64,000 nucleotides of DNA from Felis catus (lineage: Eukaryota), in assembly GCF_018350175.1 (NCBI RefSeq), contig NC_058383.1, positions 18,664,001 to 18,728,000 of the forward strand. Direction: 5' to 3'. Below the pieces are notes generated by a model. That model saw only the letters and a list, made by a program, of their open reading frames with translations. It was not told the DNA's origin and made no database searches. Both the position numbers and the translations under genes were made by a program. Positions within the stretch are counted from its first letter, which is position 1. The number at the start of each line of letters is the position of its first letter. Shown in pieces: positions 63,921-64,000 of the stretch.

Positions 63921-64000
63921 TTTGAACTAGCCGTGGATGCTGTACACCGGAAAGCATCTGAGCCAGCAGGTGGCCCTTGTCGGGAAGACATTGTGGATAC
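63921..64000 (+). CDS. ATXN2L: ATXN2L exon 5 (runs off the window)
   Basis: ttatag acceptor; FELAVDAVHRKASEPAGGPCREDIVD. Confidence 0.95.

Noticed and set aside
1..64000. CRISPR arrays or prokaryotic systems
   Set aside because: The DNA is mammalian; repeated units are SINEs, L1s and microsatellites with no repeat-spacer structure

Overview
Mammalian, almost certainly felid, genomic DNA: the young SINEs match the cat-type CAN-SINE (SINEC_Fc). The window holds the last 11 coding exons of EIF3C (1-9172, +), about 51 kb of repeat-dense intergenic DNA, and the CpG-island promoter plus the first five exons of ATXN2L (61333-64000, +). The intergenic DNA contains roughly 50 CAN-SINEs, nested L1s, L2/MIR pieces, two hAT-Charlie fossils and a fragmented ERVL provirus. 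The most interesting signal lies in the unique islands between repeats and is missed by the ORF track. Manual translation shows a decayed, intron-containing immunoglobulin-superfamily gene on the + strand, with a clear C1-set exon (about 36093-36395), a V-type exon just upstream (about 35687-36012) and a transmembrane-like exon downstream (about 36564-36669). Weaker candidate leader and N-domain exons lie at 18.8, 19.5 and 23.3 kb. The motifs point to the tapasin/TAPBPR/B7-H6 group, so this is a candidate unitary pseudogene of an unrecognised family member. Homology and repeat-subfamily calls come from recalled sequences, not searches, and repeat boundaries are approximate.
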